Positions 1-10,195 of a stretch of 64,000 bases of DNA are shown here, piece after piece. The notes under the pieces are model-generated. The model was not told the origin of the DNA. It saw nothing but the letters and a program-made list of their open reading frames with translations, and did not search any database. The stretch spans positions 575 through 64,574 of the forward strand of contig CAYOLW010000003.1 in NCBI GenBank assembly GCA_964404925.1, given 5' to 3'. The position numbers were made by a program, and so were the translations under genes. This DNA comes from an uncultured Candidatus Saccharibacteria bacterium. Its GTDB lineage: Bacteria; Patescibacteriota; Minisyncoccia; Phycocordibacterales; UBA9973. Each line of letters starts with the position of its first letter. Position 1 is the first letter of the stretch.

Positions 1-304
1 GGTCACGATAATAATCAAGTCCACATTCACCAATACATACAACCTTTGGGTTTTTGCCCAGTTCTTTATATTTCTCTAAATCAAATTCTTCTTCAATATT
101 GTCCGCCGGATGCTGCCCAACACCAGCCCAAATAAAATCAAATTTTTCAGCGATTTCTACTGCTTCTTTTGAAGTCTCATAATCAACACCAATTGTAATT
201 GTACCAACCTCATTCTCTACCATGCGACGAATCACCCCTTCCCTGTCATCCTTGAGGGGGTTTAGATTTAAATGCGAATGTATATCTATGTATTTAATTT
301 CCAT
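1..304 (-). CDS. TatD-family metal-dependent hydrolase (N-terminal part; gene continues beyond window start)
   Basis: Reverse-complement of 1-304 translates MEIKYIDIHSHLNLNPL...WAGVGQHPADN...VVCIGECGLDYYRD. These are the TatD signature motifs (HxH, GxHP, GE.GLDY). Not in the ORF track because it is truncated by the window edge. ATG at 302-304 (complement) abuts the metG stop. Confidence 0.75.
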   Translation of the reverse strand, partial: MEIKYIDIHSHLNLNPLKDDREGVIRRMVENEVGTITIGVDYETSKEAVEIAEKFDFIWAGVGQHPADNIEEEFDLEKYKELGKNPKVVCIGECGLDYYRD

Positions 305-305
305 A

Positions 306-1796
306 TTAATCCTTGCGTGCGAAAAGCGGAGTTTCTGGTTTTTTGTTGGCACGAATTAATGCTTTTAATTTTTCGTTTGTTTCAGGTAAAACTGGATTTA
401 ATAATCGTGCTATCTGATAAAGATCAAGCATCATAGCAGAGATAAGTTCTTTACCTTTTACCTCATCAACTTTAACAACTTTAAATGGTTCGGTAGTTTG
501 AATCATTTTGTCTAAGTCTTCAATTTTGTTCCAGATATAATCCATTACCTTTTTTAAATCAAAGGACTCATATAAAGCAAAGTACCCTGTGAAATCTGAA
601 ACCTCAGGAATCTCAGGACATTTATCTAAATATTTTTCTGAAAGGGTTAATACGCGTGAAGCCAGGTTTCCTAGACCATTAGCTAGATTAGCATTGTATG
701 CTTCTTTAAATCTTTCTTTAGAAAAAGGACTGTCTTCAAATGAAGAAATTTCACGTAAAAGGAAATAACGCAATGCATCTGTACCATACTCATCTACGAT
801 TTCTTTTGGATTCACCACATTGCCAAGAGTTTTGGACATTTTTACCCCACCATCACCCATCACAAAACCATTCACTACTATTTGGTAAGAATTAGGCACA
901 CCAGCCGCCATGAGCATTGCCTGCCACATTGCAGACTGAAACCTAGTATTATCTTTACCACAATATTGTGTTGGGTTACCTTCTACCCAGTATTTCTGAA
1001 ACAAATCTTCTGTGTCTCCTTCGCCTTTAGCTTCGGCGGACCGAGGCCAGCCAAGGGTGTTTATATAATTTGTGAGTGCGTCAAACCATACGTACATCAC
1101 ATGCTCTGAATCACCTGGAACTTCTATGCCCCACGGCATTTTACTTTTCAAACGTGATATAGAAAAGTCTTGCAATCCTCTTTCAAGAAAAGCTTTTACT
1201 TCATTAAAGCGAAATTCTGGTATAACAAAATCTGGACGTTTAGCATAAAATGCTAAAAGCTTAGGTCCAAACTCACTATATTTAAAAAAGTAATTTTCTT
1301 CTTCAATTATTTGAATCGGTCTACCTGGGTGATCTGGACATTCGCCATTTACCAAATCAGAATCAGTCTTCTCGCTCTCGCAACCAACACAGTATTTCGA
1401 TGCATAATTCTTTTTGTAAATATATCCATTTTCCTGAACCTTATTCCAAAAAGCCTGGGCTGATTTAATATGATGTTCGTCTGTAGTGCGGATGAAATGT
1501 ATATCTTTAGTGACACCAAAAATATCGAGACTTTGCTTAAAATTTTCAAAACCTTGATCAACAAAAGCTTGCGGATCTAATCCAGATTCAGCTGCCTTCT
1601 CATAGATTTTAGTACCATGCTCATCTGTCCCTGTGTTAAAAAAAACATCAAAACCGGCAAGCTTTTTGTATCGGACAATAGCATCAGCTCGTACAAATTC
1701 TAAAGCATGACCCATATGCAGCTCAGCATTCACATACGGCAAAGTGGTGGTTATATAAAAACTCTTTTTTGTGTTTCCTTCCATGTTATTTAGCAT
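306..1796 (-). CDS. metG: methionyl-tRNA synthetase (short form without the C-terminal tRNA-binding extension)
   Basis: TTTLPYVNAELHMGHA (HIGH-type motif), FNTGTDEHGTKI, KMSKTLGN (KMSKS). The overall class-I MetRS pattern is present. Confidence 0.9.
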   Translation of the reverse strand: MLNNMEGNTKKSFYITTTLPYVNAELHMGHALEFVRADAIVRYKKLAGFDVFFNTGTDEHGTKIYEKAAESGLDPQAFVDQGFENFKQSLDIFGVTKDIHFIRTTDEHHIKSAQAFWNKVQENGYIYKKNYASKYCVGCESEKTDSDLVNGECPDHPGRPIQIIEEENYFFKYSEFGPKLLAFYAKRPDFVIPEFRFNEVKAFLERGLQDFSISRLKSKMPWGIEVPGDSEHVMYVWFDALTNYINTLGWPRSAEAKGEGDTEDLFQKYWVEGNPTQYCGKDNTRFQSAMWQAMLMAAGVPNSYQIVVNGFVMGDGGVKMSKTLGNVVNPKEIVDEYGTDALRYFLLREISSFEDSPFSKERFKEAYNANLANGLGNLASRVLTLSEKYLDKCPEIPEVSDFTGYFALYESFDLKKVMDYIWNKIEDLDKMIQTTEPFKVVKVDEVKGKELISAMMLDLYQIARLLNPVLPETNEKLKALIRANKKPETPLFARKD

Positions 1797-2895
1797 CTAC
1801 TCCGGCACGAACTATTGTCTTGCGTTTTTCGATATCATTCATAATCTCCATAATAATAACTGCAACAGGGATAGCTAAGAAAACTCCCCACACTCCAGCT
1901 AATTCAAATCCGACTAACACAGATAAAATCACAACTAAAGGAGAAAGTCCAACCACCCTCTTAACCACAAGTGGAGTAAACAAGAACACCTCAAATTGAT
2001 GGATAATCATATAAGCACCGGTTACCGATAATGCAGAACCAATGCCTCCAGAGAAATATGACAATGCTGCAGCTGGCACAAGGGCAATAATCATTCCGTA
2101 CGGCACCATCTCCATCACCCCAGCAATGATTGCAAGTAAAAGTGCATACTGAATGCCCAGAATAGAAAGTACTAGATACGTAAGTATCGCCACTAAAAGA
2201 CCCAAGAACATCTGGCCTTTAATCCAATAAGCAATCTTGCGTCTTGAGCGATCCCATAAATCAACTGCATAGTCCTCTACAGACATCGGCAAAATAATCC
2301 TAAGAAAAGCTTCAATACCCTTTTCTTGTATAGAAAGATAAAAAGACAAAACCAGTATTAAAATAAAGTTGAAAATACTACCAAAGGCAGCCGCCAGAGT
2401 GGAAAGGAATCCACTCGAGAGGTTATTAACGAAGGCCTTGGAAACATCAAGCAGTGAGGCAATAGATAAATTATTAGACAGACTAACTACTACGTCTTTA
2501 GCGCCAGAGAAAGCATCATTTTGAAAGTAATCCAGGAAATTAAAGTTCGGAACGTACTTAGAAATAAATGTAGCAAAGTTATATACCTCAGTAATCAAAA
2601 GCGGTGCAAAAAGATAGAAAAGCCCTGACAAAAACAAAAGGCTCACTACATAAAAAATAACAACTCCGAAAACCCGACCAATCTTTATTTTCTTGAAGTA
2701 AGGTATTGTTGATTCAACAAAAGAAGCCACGATAATAGAAGTCAAAATAACCATCATCAGGTCACGCAAAAACCAGAATAGGTATACCCCCAAACTAACC
2801 AAAACGGCCCGAATCATCGTACCGGTAGTTATAGAAATTTTTGTGGCCTTACTATTATCAAACATACAAACATAATAACACAAAAAAAGCAGCAA
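1786..2895 (-). CDS. AI-2E family transporter (PerM/YhhT-like polytopic membrane protein)
   Basis: 369 aa with about 8 hydrophobic helices. The conserved C-terminal block ...HQFEVFLFTPLVVKRVVGLSPLVVILSVLVGFELAGVWGVFLAIPV... is typical of UPF0118/AI-2E. Start codon is uncertain (several in-frame Met). Confidence 0.65.
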   Translation of the reverse strand: MLLFLCYYVCMFDNSKATKISITTGTMIRAVLVSLGVYLFWFLRDLMMVILTSIIVASFVESTIPYFKKIKIGRVFGVVIFYVVSLLFLSGLFYLFAPLLITEVYNFATFISKYVPNFNFLDYFQNDAFSGAKDVVVSLSNNLSIASLLDVSKAFVNNLSSGFLSTLAAAFGSIFNFILILVLSFYLSIQEKGIEAFLRIILPMSVEDYAVDLWDRSRRKIAYWIKGQMFLGLLVAILTYLVLSILGIQYALLLAIIAGVMEMVPYGMIIALVPAAALSYFSGGIGSALSVTGAYMIIHQFEVFLFTPLVVKRVVGLSPLVVILSVLVGFELAGVWGVFLAIPVAVIIMEIMNDIEKRKTIVRAGVDAK

Positions 2896-2896
2896 A

Positions 2897-4165
2897 CTAT
2901 AACTTTAGTATTTTGATTAGTTTGGTTTTATCTTTTATTGGACCAACAATTGCTAGGTTAATATTGGAAGTTCTAAATATCTCCCTGGCTACGTCCCTCA
3001 CCTGCTCGGCAGTCACACTGCCAATCTCTTTTGCTTTTTGGTCGGCGGTTTTTATTTCTTTTTTCAAGACTTCTTGCAATCCGTGGAAATGCGCAATACT
3101 ATCACTGGATTCAAGGTCCAGCTTCATATTACCCACCAAATAATCCTTTACTTTTTGCAACTCTTCTTTAGACACAATCTCTTCGGTTAGCTTTTTACAT
3201 TCAGCTAAAACAGCGACCAATACTTCAGACACACGCTTGTTGTCTACCCCAGCTGAAACCTGGAAATATCCATGGTCAGTATATCCATCATCATAGGCAC
3301 GCACGTAATAGCCCACACCCATTTCTTCACGTAATTTTTGGAAAAGCCGCGAGCTCATTCCCCCACCCAGCACACTAGCTAACACTGAAAGTGCGGCATT
3401 CTTTTTACTGAAAATATCAAAACTACGAAAGGCTAAAACGAAATGAGATTGATCGGTTTTTTTATACTGTGTTATCACGGCTGGCTTTTTTTGCTTTTCT
3501 ACAACCTTTACCTTGGTTCCTTTGTTGCCTTTAGGTATATGACCAAAAACACGAGTAACCTCTGCTAACACTTCAGACTCTTTGACCTGACCTGCTACAA
3601 CCAAAGTAGTCGCGTTCGGTACATAATGCGCACCGTGGTAATTAATAAAATCACTTCTTTTCATCGCGCGCACGTTCTCGCGAGTACCGGCAATGTTCCA
3701 CCCGGCCGGCTCTCTACTATACAAAAGCTCCATAATCATATCCTGCACATGACGATGAGGCATGTCTTCATACATATTTATTTCTTCTACAATCACACCC
3801 TTCTCTTTCTCGATTTCTAAAGCAGGAAAGGTCGAATTCAAATAAACATCGGAAACAACATCAAAAATTTGTTTGAAGTGCCGTGCCTCAGACTTAGCAT
3901 AATACCCGGTAAATTCTTGAGAAGTAAAAGCATTATATTGGCTACCCAATGCATCTAGTTCCCTAGATATATCTATAGCTTTCGGCCTCTTTTCTGTACC
4001 CTTGAAACACATGTGTTCCAAGAAGTGTGATATACCGTTTAATTTTTTAGTCTCATATTTTGAACCTGTTTCTACTAATACCAACACTGTGACTGTTGGA
4101 TTGTCTACCATTGGAATGGTTACCACTGTAAGCCCGTTTTTAAGTTTCTTTTTGGAAAATTTCAT
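2897..4165 (-). CDS. M16-family zinc peptidase (insulinase/pitrilysin-like)
   Basis: Inverted zinc motif HFLEH near the N-terminus (GISHFLEHMCFKGT). Length 422 aa is typical of M16B. Confidence 0.8.
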   Translation of the reverse strand: MKFSKKKLKNGLTVVTIPMVDNPTVTVLVLVETGSKYETKKLNGISHFLEHMCFKGTEKRPKAIDISRELDALGSQYNAFTSQEFTGYYAKSEARHFKQIFDVVSDVYLNSTFPALEIEKEKGVIVEEINMYEDMPHRHVQDMIMELLYSREPAGWNIAGTRENVRAMKRSDFINYHGAHYVPNATTLVVAGQVKESEVLAEVTRVFGHIPKGNKGTKVKVVEKQKKPAVITQYKKTDQSHFVLAFRSFDIFSKKNAALSVLASVLGGGMSSRLFQKLREEMGVGYYVRAYDDGYTDHGYFQVSAGVDNKRVSEVLVAVLAECKKLTEEIVSKEELQKVKDYLVGNMKLDLESSDSIAHFHGLQEVLKKEIKTADQKAKEIGSVTAEQVRDVAREIFRTSNINLAIVGPIKDKTKLIKILKL

Positions 4166-4411
4166 GCGGGTATTGTACCATATACTGGAGGTAAATTTGA
4201 CTTTGATTATTCAGAATGTATACTGTCTCTGTATGAAAATAAACGTTGCAAAGAAGACAAAGAAGATCGCCAAGTGTGGCGTGATGCTTTTGTCTTAGCA
4301 AGTTTATTGAATAATATTAAAAGCTAAGCAAGGCATCCTATAAAGGATGTTTTTTATTTCCGCCTCTACGGCGGATCGCCGATGAGGCGATTTATTTATT
4401 AATTAAACAAT

Positions 4412-5644
4412 ATGAAAATAAACAATGTGGAAGTAAGCGATTTAGCAGCACAATATGGCACGCCGATTTTTATCTATGACGAGAAGAAGATAAAAGAAAA
4501 CTTCCGCAAGGTAACAGATGCATTTACTAAATATTATCCAAATTTCAAAATATACTACGCCATCAAAGCCAACAACAACCCGAGTATAGCGCGCATATTG
4601 ATAAACGAAGGTGTGGGCATCGATGCATCGAGTGAGAATGAAATAAAATTAGCCCGATATTTGGGTGTGACTGGTGAAGACATAATTTTCTCTGGTAACT
4701 TTTTATCCGATACTGATATACAAACAGGGATTACTGAAAAGGTACTTTTCAACCTAGACGATGTGTCACTACTCCCCCGAGTGTTAGCCTTTGGCAAACC
4801 AGAAGTATTGTCATTCCGTATAAATCCAGGCATAGGAAAAAGTAATGTAGGATATTTTGATGTTACTGGCGGACCAGAAGCAAAATTCGGAATACATATA
4901 AACGATGCAATTAATGCTTATCGCAGTGCTCAAGAATCCGGCATTAAAAGATTCGGTATACACATGATGGGAGGTAGCTGCGTAACAGATCCAGCTTATT
5001 TTGCTGACATTACTACCAGACTGTTTGACCTCATTGGTCAGATAAAAAAAGAACTTAATATTAATTTTGAATTTGTAGATTTAGGCGGGGGTCTGGGTAT
5101 AGCCTATCGTCCAGATGAAGTAGACCTCGACCTTGAGAAAACTGTGGAAGGAATAGCCAATGCTATTAATACAAAATGTAAAGAATATGATTTGGAAACT
5201 CCGCGTATTGTGATGGAACCTGGCCGATACCTAGTCGCCAATGCAGGGTACCTCATCGGGAAAGTCCTAGCACAGAAAAATACCTATAAAGAAATATGGG
5301 GATCTGACATTGGTATGAACATCACCCCTCGGGTAATACTCTATGAAGCATTTCATGAACTAGTGGTAAATGGTAAAGAAAACGAGTCATCCGAACCCAC
5401 CAATCTATGCGGGCAGATCTGTGAACAAACTGACTTATGGTGGCAGGGGCTACCTCTGCCGAAACTAGCAATCGGAGATATAATCGTTATGAAAAATGTA
5501 GGTGCTTACTGCTATGGCATGAGCTATCGATACAACGGCCGCCTACTACCTGCCGAGATACTAGTGCAGGAAAACAGCAGCACAAAAATAATCCGCCAAG
5601 CGGAAACATTTGAGGATACATTGAGGGGAACAGAAAAATTTTAA
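4412..5644 (+). CDS. PLP-dependent fold-III decarboxylase, diaminopimelate-decarboxylase-like (could instead be carboxynorspermidine/ornithine decarboxylase family)
   Basis: N-terminal YGTPIFIYDE...YYAIKAN (PLP-binding Lys region of alanine racemase/ODC fold), GGGLGI, EPGRYLVANAG, C-terminal CG..CE..D motif. Exact substrate is not assignable from sequence alone. Confidence 0.7.
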   Translation: MKINNVEVSDLAAQYGTPIFIYDEKKIKENFRKVTDAFTKYYPNFKIYYAIKANNNPSIARILINEGVGIDASSENEIKLARYLGVTGEDIIFSGNFLSDTDIQTGITEKVLFNLDDVSLLPRVLAFGKPEVLSFRINPGIGKSNVGYFDVTGGPEAKFGIHINDAINAYRSAQESGIKRFGIHMMGGSCVTDPAYFADITTRLFDLIGQIKKELNINFEFVDLGGGLGIAYRPDEVDLDLEKTVEGIANAINTKCKEYDLETPRIVMEPGRYLVANAGYLIGKVLAQKNTYKEIWGSDIGMNITPRVILYEAFHELVVNGKENESSEPTNLCGQICEQTDLWWQGLPLPKLAIGDIIVMKNVGAYCYGMSYRYNGRLLPAEILVQENSSTKIIRQAETFEDTLRGTEKF

Positions 5645-5646
5645 AA

Positions 5647-5678
5647 TAAAAAGACCGGATTAAATCCGGTTTTTTTAT
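5647..5678. terminator. bidirectional rho-independent terminator between convergent lysA-like and glyQS
   Basis: aaaagaccggattaaatccggttttttt: 8-bp GC-containing stem (gaccggat/atccggtc-like) flanked by A-run and T-run. Confidence 0.6.
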
Positions 5679-5686
5679 TTATAGTT

Positions 5687-7105
5687 TTAATTCAATTTAC
5701 TTTTCAAAAAATTTACTAGCTCAGAAACCTTTACTCTCTCTTGTGCTCCAGTATCTCGGTCGCGCACGGTGACTGTATCTTTGAGTTCTGGTTTCTCCTC
5801 TCCTAAAGTATCAAAATCTATAACTATACAAAACGGGGTGCCAATTTCATCTTGACGGCGGTAGCGCTTACCCACATTACCATTATCATCCCAAGCGATC
5901 TGGGGTATTTCTTTCTTCAGAGTAGCATAAACTTCACGCGCTTTGGTTACTAACTCTGTTTTATTCTTTAATAGAGGTGCAACCATTGCTTTTATTGGTG
6001 CCAAGTGTGGTGATAATTTCAAAACAACTCGTGTTTCTCCACCCAAGTCATCTTCATGATAAGCATCACATAGCACAGCCAGAAAGACCCGAGCCATCCC
6101 CATCGAGGTTTCAAGTATCCATGGTATATATTTTTCTCCAGTTCCAGAGTCGACATAATTCAAATCAACACCAGAGAATTGCATATGTTGAGTTAAATCA
6201 TAATTTGTACGGTCGTGTATTCCTTCAACTTCATCAAAACCCCAAGGGAATTTATACTCAATATCCCACGCATCTGAAGCATAGAAGACTAGATTCTCGT
6301 GCTGTTTCCAGTTTAAACTTTCTGGTTTTATACCAAGTGATAAGTACCAGTTCCATCTATCTTTTTTTATCTCTTCATAAGCTGCTTTATTTTCATTTGG
6401 CTTTACAAAAAATTGTGTGTCTGCCTGTTCAAACTCACGCTGTCGGAAAAGAAAGTTGCGAGGCGCTATTTCATTACGAAAAGCTTTACCAATCTGTACA
6501 ACACCAAAAGGAATTTTTGGGTGCATTGAGTCAACAATACCTTTATAATCAAGATAAATTCCCTGACATGCTTCACCAGGCAGATATACAGGCTCTGTCT
6601 CTTCCCCAGTAAAATCCCCTAAGTTAGATTTAACTAAAAGATTAAATTTTTTAACTTTTGAAAATTCTTTTGAACCACATTTTTCACACTTTATTTGTTC
6701 TCTATGTATATCAAATAAATTATTAATCTCAGTTTCGCTCATTTTTTCGTCAGCCGTCACTCCAATAGACTCTAGTACCTTGTCTACTCTAATGCGAGCG
6801 TTACACTTTTTACATTCAGCTAATGGGTCGGAAAATCCTTTAGTGTGGCCACTTGCCTCCCAAACTTTTGGGTTTTTAAACATTCCGGAGTCTATACCAA
6901 AATAATTTTCTTTCTGATACACATTCGCATTCCACCAAGATTTTTTTATATTATTCAAAAGTTCTACACCATTTGGACCGAAATCATACACACCTGCTAT
7001 TCCCCCATATATCTCAGACCCCGGGAATATAAAACCACGGCGTTTGCAAAGCGAAACTATTTTCTCCATTTCGGAATTTTCTTTTTGATTTTTTTCTTTT
7101 TCCAT
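5687..7105 (-). CDS. glyQS: glycyl-tRNA synthetase, dimeric class-II type
   Basis: RRGFIFPGSEIYGG, class II motifs (FRNEIAPR, GIGxxR-like), C-terminal anticodon-binding domain. 472 aa. Confidence 0.9.
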   Translation of the reverse strand: MEKEKNQKENSEMEKIVSLCKRRGFIFPGSEIYGGIAGVYDFGPNGVELLNNIKKSWWNANVYQKENYFGIDSGMFKNPKVWEASGHTKGFSDPLAECKKCNARIRVDKVLESIGVTADEKMSETEINNLFDIHREQIKCEKCGSKEFSKVKKFNLLVKSNLGDFTGEETEPVYLPGEACQGIYLDYKGIVDSMHPKIPFGVVQIGKAFRNEIAPRNFLFRQREFEQADTQFFVKPNENKAAYEEIKKDRWNWYLSLGIKPESLNWKQHENLVFYASDAWDIEYKFPWGFDEVEGIHDRTNYDLTQHMQFSGVDLNYVDSGTGEKYIPWILETSMGMARVFLAVLCDAYHEDDLGGETRVVLKLSPHLAPIKAMVAPLLKNKTELVTKAREVYATLKKEIPQIAWDDNGNVGKRYRRQDEIGTPFCIVIDFDTLGEEKPELKDTVTVRDRDTGAQERVKVSELVNFLKSKLN

Positions 7106-7107
7106 AA

Positions 7108-9051
7108 TTATTCTTGTACTCGTCCGGTAGCTGCAGCAGCGTTCGGATCAGTCTGCTTACCGATATTAGTATTAAGTGATGCTCGGTTAATCTGCACATC
7201 CACATTAGCAAAATCATCATGCCCCGTCAAAACTGAGTCATTGGTCAAAAGTGGCAGCTCACCCACCTGCACAAGTGATGGAGTAAATGATATTTGGAAT
7301 TCTACTTCTTTCGGAGGGTTTCCTTCCATGCCGGTTCCGCGACTTACTGTACCAGCGTTCCATATTACCTCTCGGCTAGCCGAATTATATGATACATCTT
7401 CTTGAGTAGGAGAAATATTGCCAGTGTATTTCACCCAAGTAGGCAGGGTTGAACGTACTTTTACATTCCTTAAATTATTAGAACTATTAGTAATAGTCCA
7501 GACCACACTGTATGTCGTCTCCTGTTCAGCTTTAGGTGGCACCTGACCAGTATTCTTTAATGCTGAATTATAGTAGGCAATCTTTGGTGTAAAAGTGGCA
7601 TCAGAAATAACTCGGATTATTTTAGTCTCAGAATTTTCTAGCTTTTTGGTTGAATTACCTTCTAATGCCTGTTTACCGGCAATAGACACATTGATTTGTA
7701 CTTGTGGGCTTTTCATTAATCCATCAGCAGACAAAAGTGGATTTACTTTAAAACTAAAAGATACAGATCCACTCTCCCCGGGTTCAATAGAAGTGAACTT
7801 TTCATTAGAATTTTTATCCCAAATAATCGTATCAATCAGTGAATTATAGAACCCGTCACGACTAGCAATAGTTTTCCTATTTAACGCATTGCCGGATAAA
7901 GTTGCTTTAATTTCTAAATCATTAATTTTAGTGCTTAGATTATTGTTCCATCTTATTTCTCCAGAAACTACATTCTGTGAAATAACTCCATATTCCCTAG
8001 AGTATTCTCCGTTCACCAATAACTGAGCATTAATAAATGGTTTTTTAATCCTTAAAGTGTGTGCCTGAGAATTATACACTACTCCGATTTCAGATTTTTC
8101 ATTTGGAGACTGTGCTCCAATCCAGACTTTGAAAGTCTTCTCTTCACCATCAAATACTTCAACGAACCTACCAACTACTGTTATAGACTTCTCATCCCCC
8201 GGTTTCATATCAGACAACTCCCACACGTTGTTGCCTATGTCTGAACTCGGACTTGCTGAAGTGAATTCAAAACCTACTGGGTAGTCTACTTTGACCGCAA
8301 TATTCTTTGTTGATGATTCAGTAGTATTCAAAGAAGTTCTAATTTTTAATGTTACGTCTTGATTTGGGGTTATTTCGCTCGGTGCATCTACCAGCAGGTT
8401 AATCGGGGTCGCATTAATTGTGACTTCGTAATCTTTTTCTTTTTCATAGATAGCATTAGAATCTTTGAAACGATATTCGACAGAAACTTTAACTGGCTGA
8501 ATCGAGCCCTGCTCACCAAACAACACAATAGATATATTCTCACTATGAACACCTCCAGAAGGTATAGTACCGATAGACACCCTTTGACGCTCCATGGTAT
8601 CTAGTGCTGTACCACTGCTACCCTTTGGGTATTCAGCCACCAGATCTACTAACTCAAGCGGGGCACTGTTCCTGTTGGTCACCTCCACCACAATTGGCAA
8701 CGGCTTGCCGCCATCGGTAAAAGTGTTACCGAGTATAACTATATCTATGTTTTCATTTGAAACAGTGTTGGTACCTTTAAAAGTACTGTACCCAACATAT
8801 AGTACAGCCAATACAAAAAAGATTATTGAGAACATGAAGAATTTTTTAAAAACTGAACTTTTCATATTGCTTTTGTGTGCCTGGTTTTCTTGTTCCCAAT
8901 TATCTTTAATTTCAAATTCTTTTTTGTGCGGGAAAGTATCATAAAACTCAATCTTGGTTTTATAACTACGACTCCAAAGTTTACCTTTGAGAGACTCTAA
9001 TCTGTTGAGATCCTCTCCATTATCAATTGCCATTGTAAAATTATAACACAA
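7108..9051 (-). CDS. hypothetical membrane-anchored protein (short cytoplasmic N-terminus, one TM helix, large beta-rich extracytoplasmic domain)
   Basis: TM segment FKKFFMFSIIFFVLAVLYVGY followed by ~580 aa of Thr/Ser/Asn/Val-rich sequence. No recognisable catalytic motif. Sits between recO and glyQS in the same operon. Confidence 0.45.
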   Translation of the reverse strand: MCYNFTMAIDNGEDLNRLESLKGKLWSRSYKTKIEFYDTFPHKKEFEIKDNWEQENQAHKSNMKSSVFKKFFMFSIIFFVLAVLYVGYSTFKGTNTVSNENIDIVILGNTFTDGGKPLPIVVEVTNRNSAPLELVDLVAEYPKGSSGTALDTMERQRVSIGTIPSGGVHSENISIVLFGEQGSIQPVKVSVEYRFKDSNAIYEKEKDYEVTINATPINLLVDAPSEITPNQDVTLKIRTSLNTTESSTKNIAVKVDYPVGFEFTSASPSSDIGNNVWELSDMKPGDEKSITVVGRFVEVFDGEEKTFKVWIGAQSPNEKSEIGVVYNSQAHTLRIKKPFINAQLLVNGEYSREYGVISQNVVSGEIRWNNNLSTKINDLEIKATLSGNALNRKTIASRDGFYNSLIDTIIWDKNSNEKFTSIEPGESGSVSFSFKVNPLLSADGLMKSPQVQINVSIAGKQALEGNSTKKLENSETKIIRVISDATFTPKIAYYNSALKNTGQVPPKAEQETTYSVVWTITNSSNNLRNVKVRSTLPTWVKYTGNISPTQEDVSYNSASREVIWNAGTVSRGTGMEGNPPKEVEFQISFTPSLVQVGELPLLTNDSVLTGHDDFANVDVQINRASLNTNIGKQTDPNAAAATGRVQE

Positions 9052-9633
9052 CTAAAGCTGTGTTTCGCGCAAAGCTTGGTTAATAGCCCTTATGGCATGC
9101 ATTCTTTTGTCTGACATATCGTAAACCAACTCTTCGTGGAACGGAGATTCCACTAAATCACGGAGTGTGGCTTGGTCACCAATATAGCCTAGATTATTCA
9201 ATATTCGTAAAGCCATAACTATCTCGACACTATCTATGTCTTTTTTACTATCTTTTGATTCTAGGACCAAAAGCCCACGGATAAAATCATCAAATAATGC
9301 TTCGTTGGCATCTTCACCTCGCAAAAGCTTATATAACAGATTGCATAATTTAACCATCACCTGAAAAGCTACACGGTTGGTGCGGATAGATTCAAGTTTA
9401 TTTGTTTTAGATGCACTTGTTAGTCGCCACACATCTTTACCTCGAACTAAATCCACCTTCACGTGCGAATAATCAGCCAGCACATAGCGCAAACGCGAAG
9501 ACATTTTACGCACACCCTGAGTCCGCGCATATACCAAACCTAAATCCCGAGTAAAAAGATAATAGTACTTCCCTGTCTCGCCAAAGTTTCTACTACCCAA
9601 TATTATCGCTTCAGTGTGATAAATGTGGTGCAT
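9052..9633 (-). CDS. recO: DNA repair protein RecO (compact form)
   Basis: N-terminal OB-fold pattern EAIILGSRNFGETGKYYYLFTRDLGLVYARTQGVRK. Position upstream of glyQS as in the Bacillus era-recO-glyQS arrangement. 193 aa is short for RecO. Confidence 0.65.
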   Translation of the reverse strand: MHHIYHTEAIILGSRNFGETGKYYYLFTRDLGLVYARTQGVRKMSSRLRYVLADYSHVKVDLVRGKDVWRLTSASKTNKLESIRTNRVAFQVMVKLCNLLYKLLRGEDANEALFDDFIRGLLVLESKDSKKDIDSVEIVMALRILNNLGYIGDQATLRDLVESPFHEELVYDMSDKRMHAIRAINQALRETQL

Positions 9634-9640
9634 TATAAAT

Positions 9641-10186
9641 CTATTTTAAGTTTTCAAGAATCTTTTTAATTAGTTCGTGTTGTGGAGTAAGTTCTATTTT
9701 GACAACATTAAGGCTAATGGCATTCCATTTTTCTTCAACTTTAAAGTTCAACATTTTAACCAAGTCTACAAAATCCATCTCCCTGGTATACCTAACAGCA
9801 TTCATAAAACCCTGAACTGAAGTAAATCGATAGCAGTCAGCGTTACAACAAACCTCAGATTCAATTGAATAAAAATTATTTGAACCATGGTGTTCTAAAA
9901 TACAGTGTCTAATATTTTCTTTATCTTCTTTCTGTAAAGGAAATTTTTCCATTAGCTCATTAGCCTTTTCTAGTCCCATTTGCACATGTTCAGGCAATCT
10001 ATTCTCGGCAATAGCTTGTGTTATTGCACAGTCCATCAGCAATGTACCCGCTTCAACAATGTCTATGTTAGCACCTATTTCTAAGGCTAGTTTTTTACCT
10101 TTTTCTGTAGCTAAATCTATCTGCGCCTTTGGCGGCACACTTTGGCTATATGCCAATTCCCTTGCTGCAATTAAAAATTCTTTCAT
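9641..10186 (-). CDS. HD-domain protein (putative phosphohydrolase)
   Basis: ILEHHGSNNFYS-type His/Asp cluster; weak but consistent with HD superfamily. Confidence 0.45.
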   Translation of the reverse strand: MKEFLIAARELAYSQSVPPKAQIDLATEKGKKLALEIGANIDIVEAGTLLMDCAITQAIAENRLPEHVQMGLEKANELMEKFPLQKEDKENIRHCILEHHGSNNFYSIESEVCCNADCYRFTSVQGFMNAVRYTREMDFVDLVKMLNFKVEEKWNAISLNVVKIELTPQHELIKKILENLK

Positions 10187-10195
10187 TCCCTTATT

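Noticed and set aside
5977-6612. 211-aa plus-strand ORF (and many other 60-160 aa ORFs in the track such as 882..1109, 20491..20967, 24008..24493, 29095..29445, 41311..41871, 49349..49681)
   Set aside because: They lie entirely inside well-supported genes on the opposite strand. They have low-complexity or stop-poor composition typical of antisense frames in AT-rich DNA, and no motifs.
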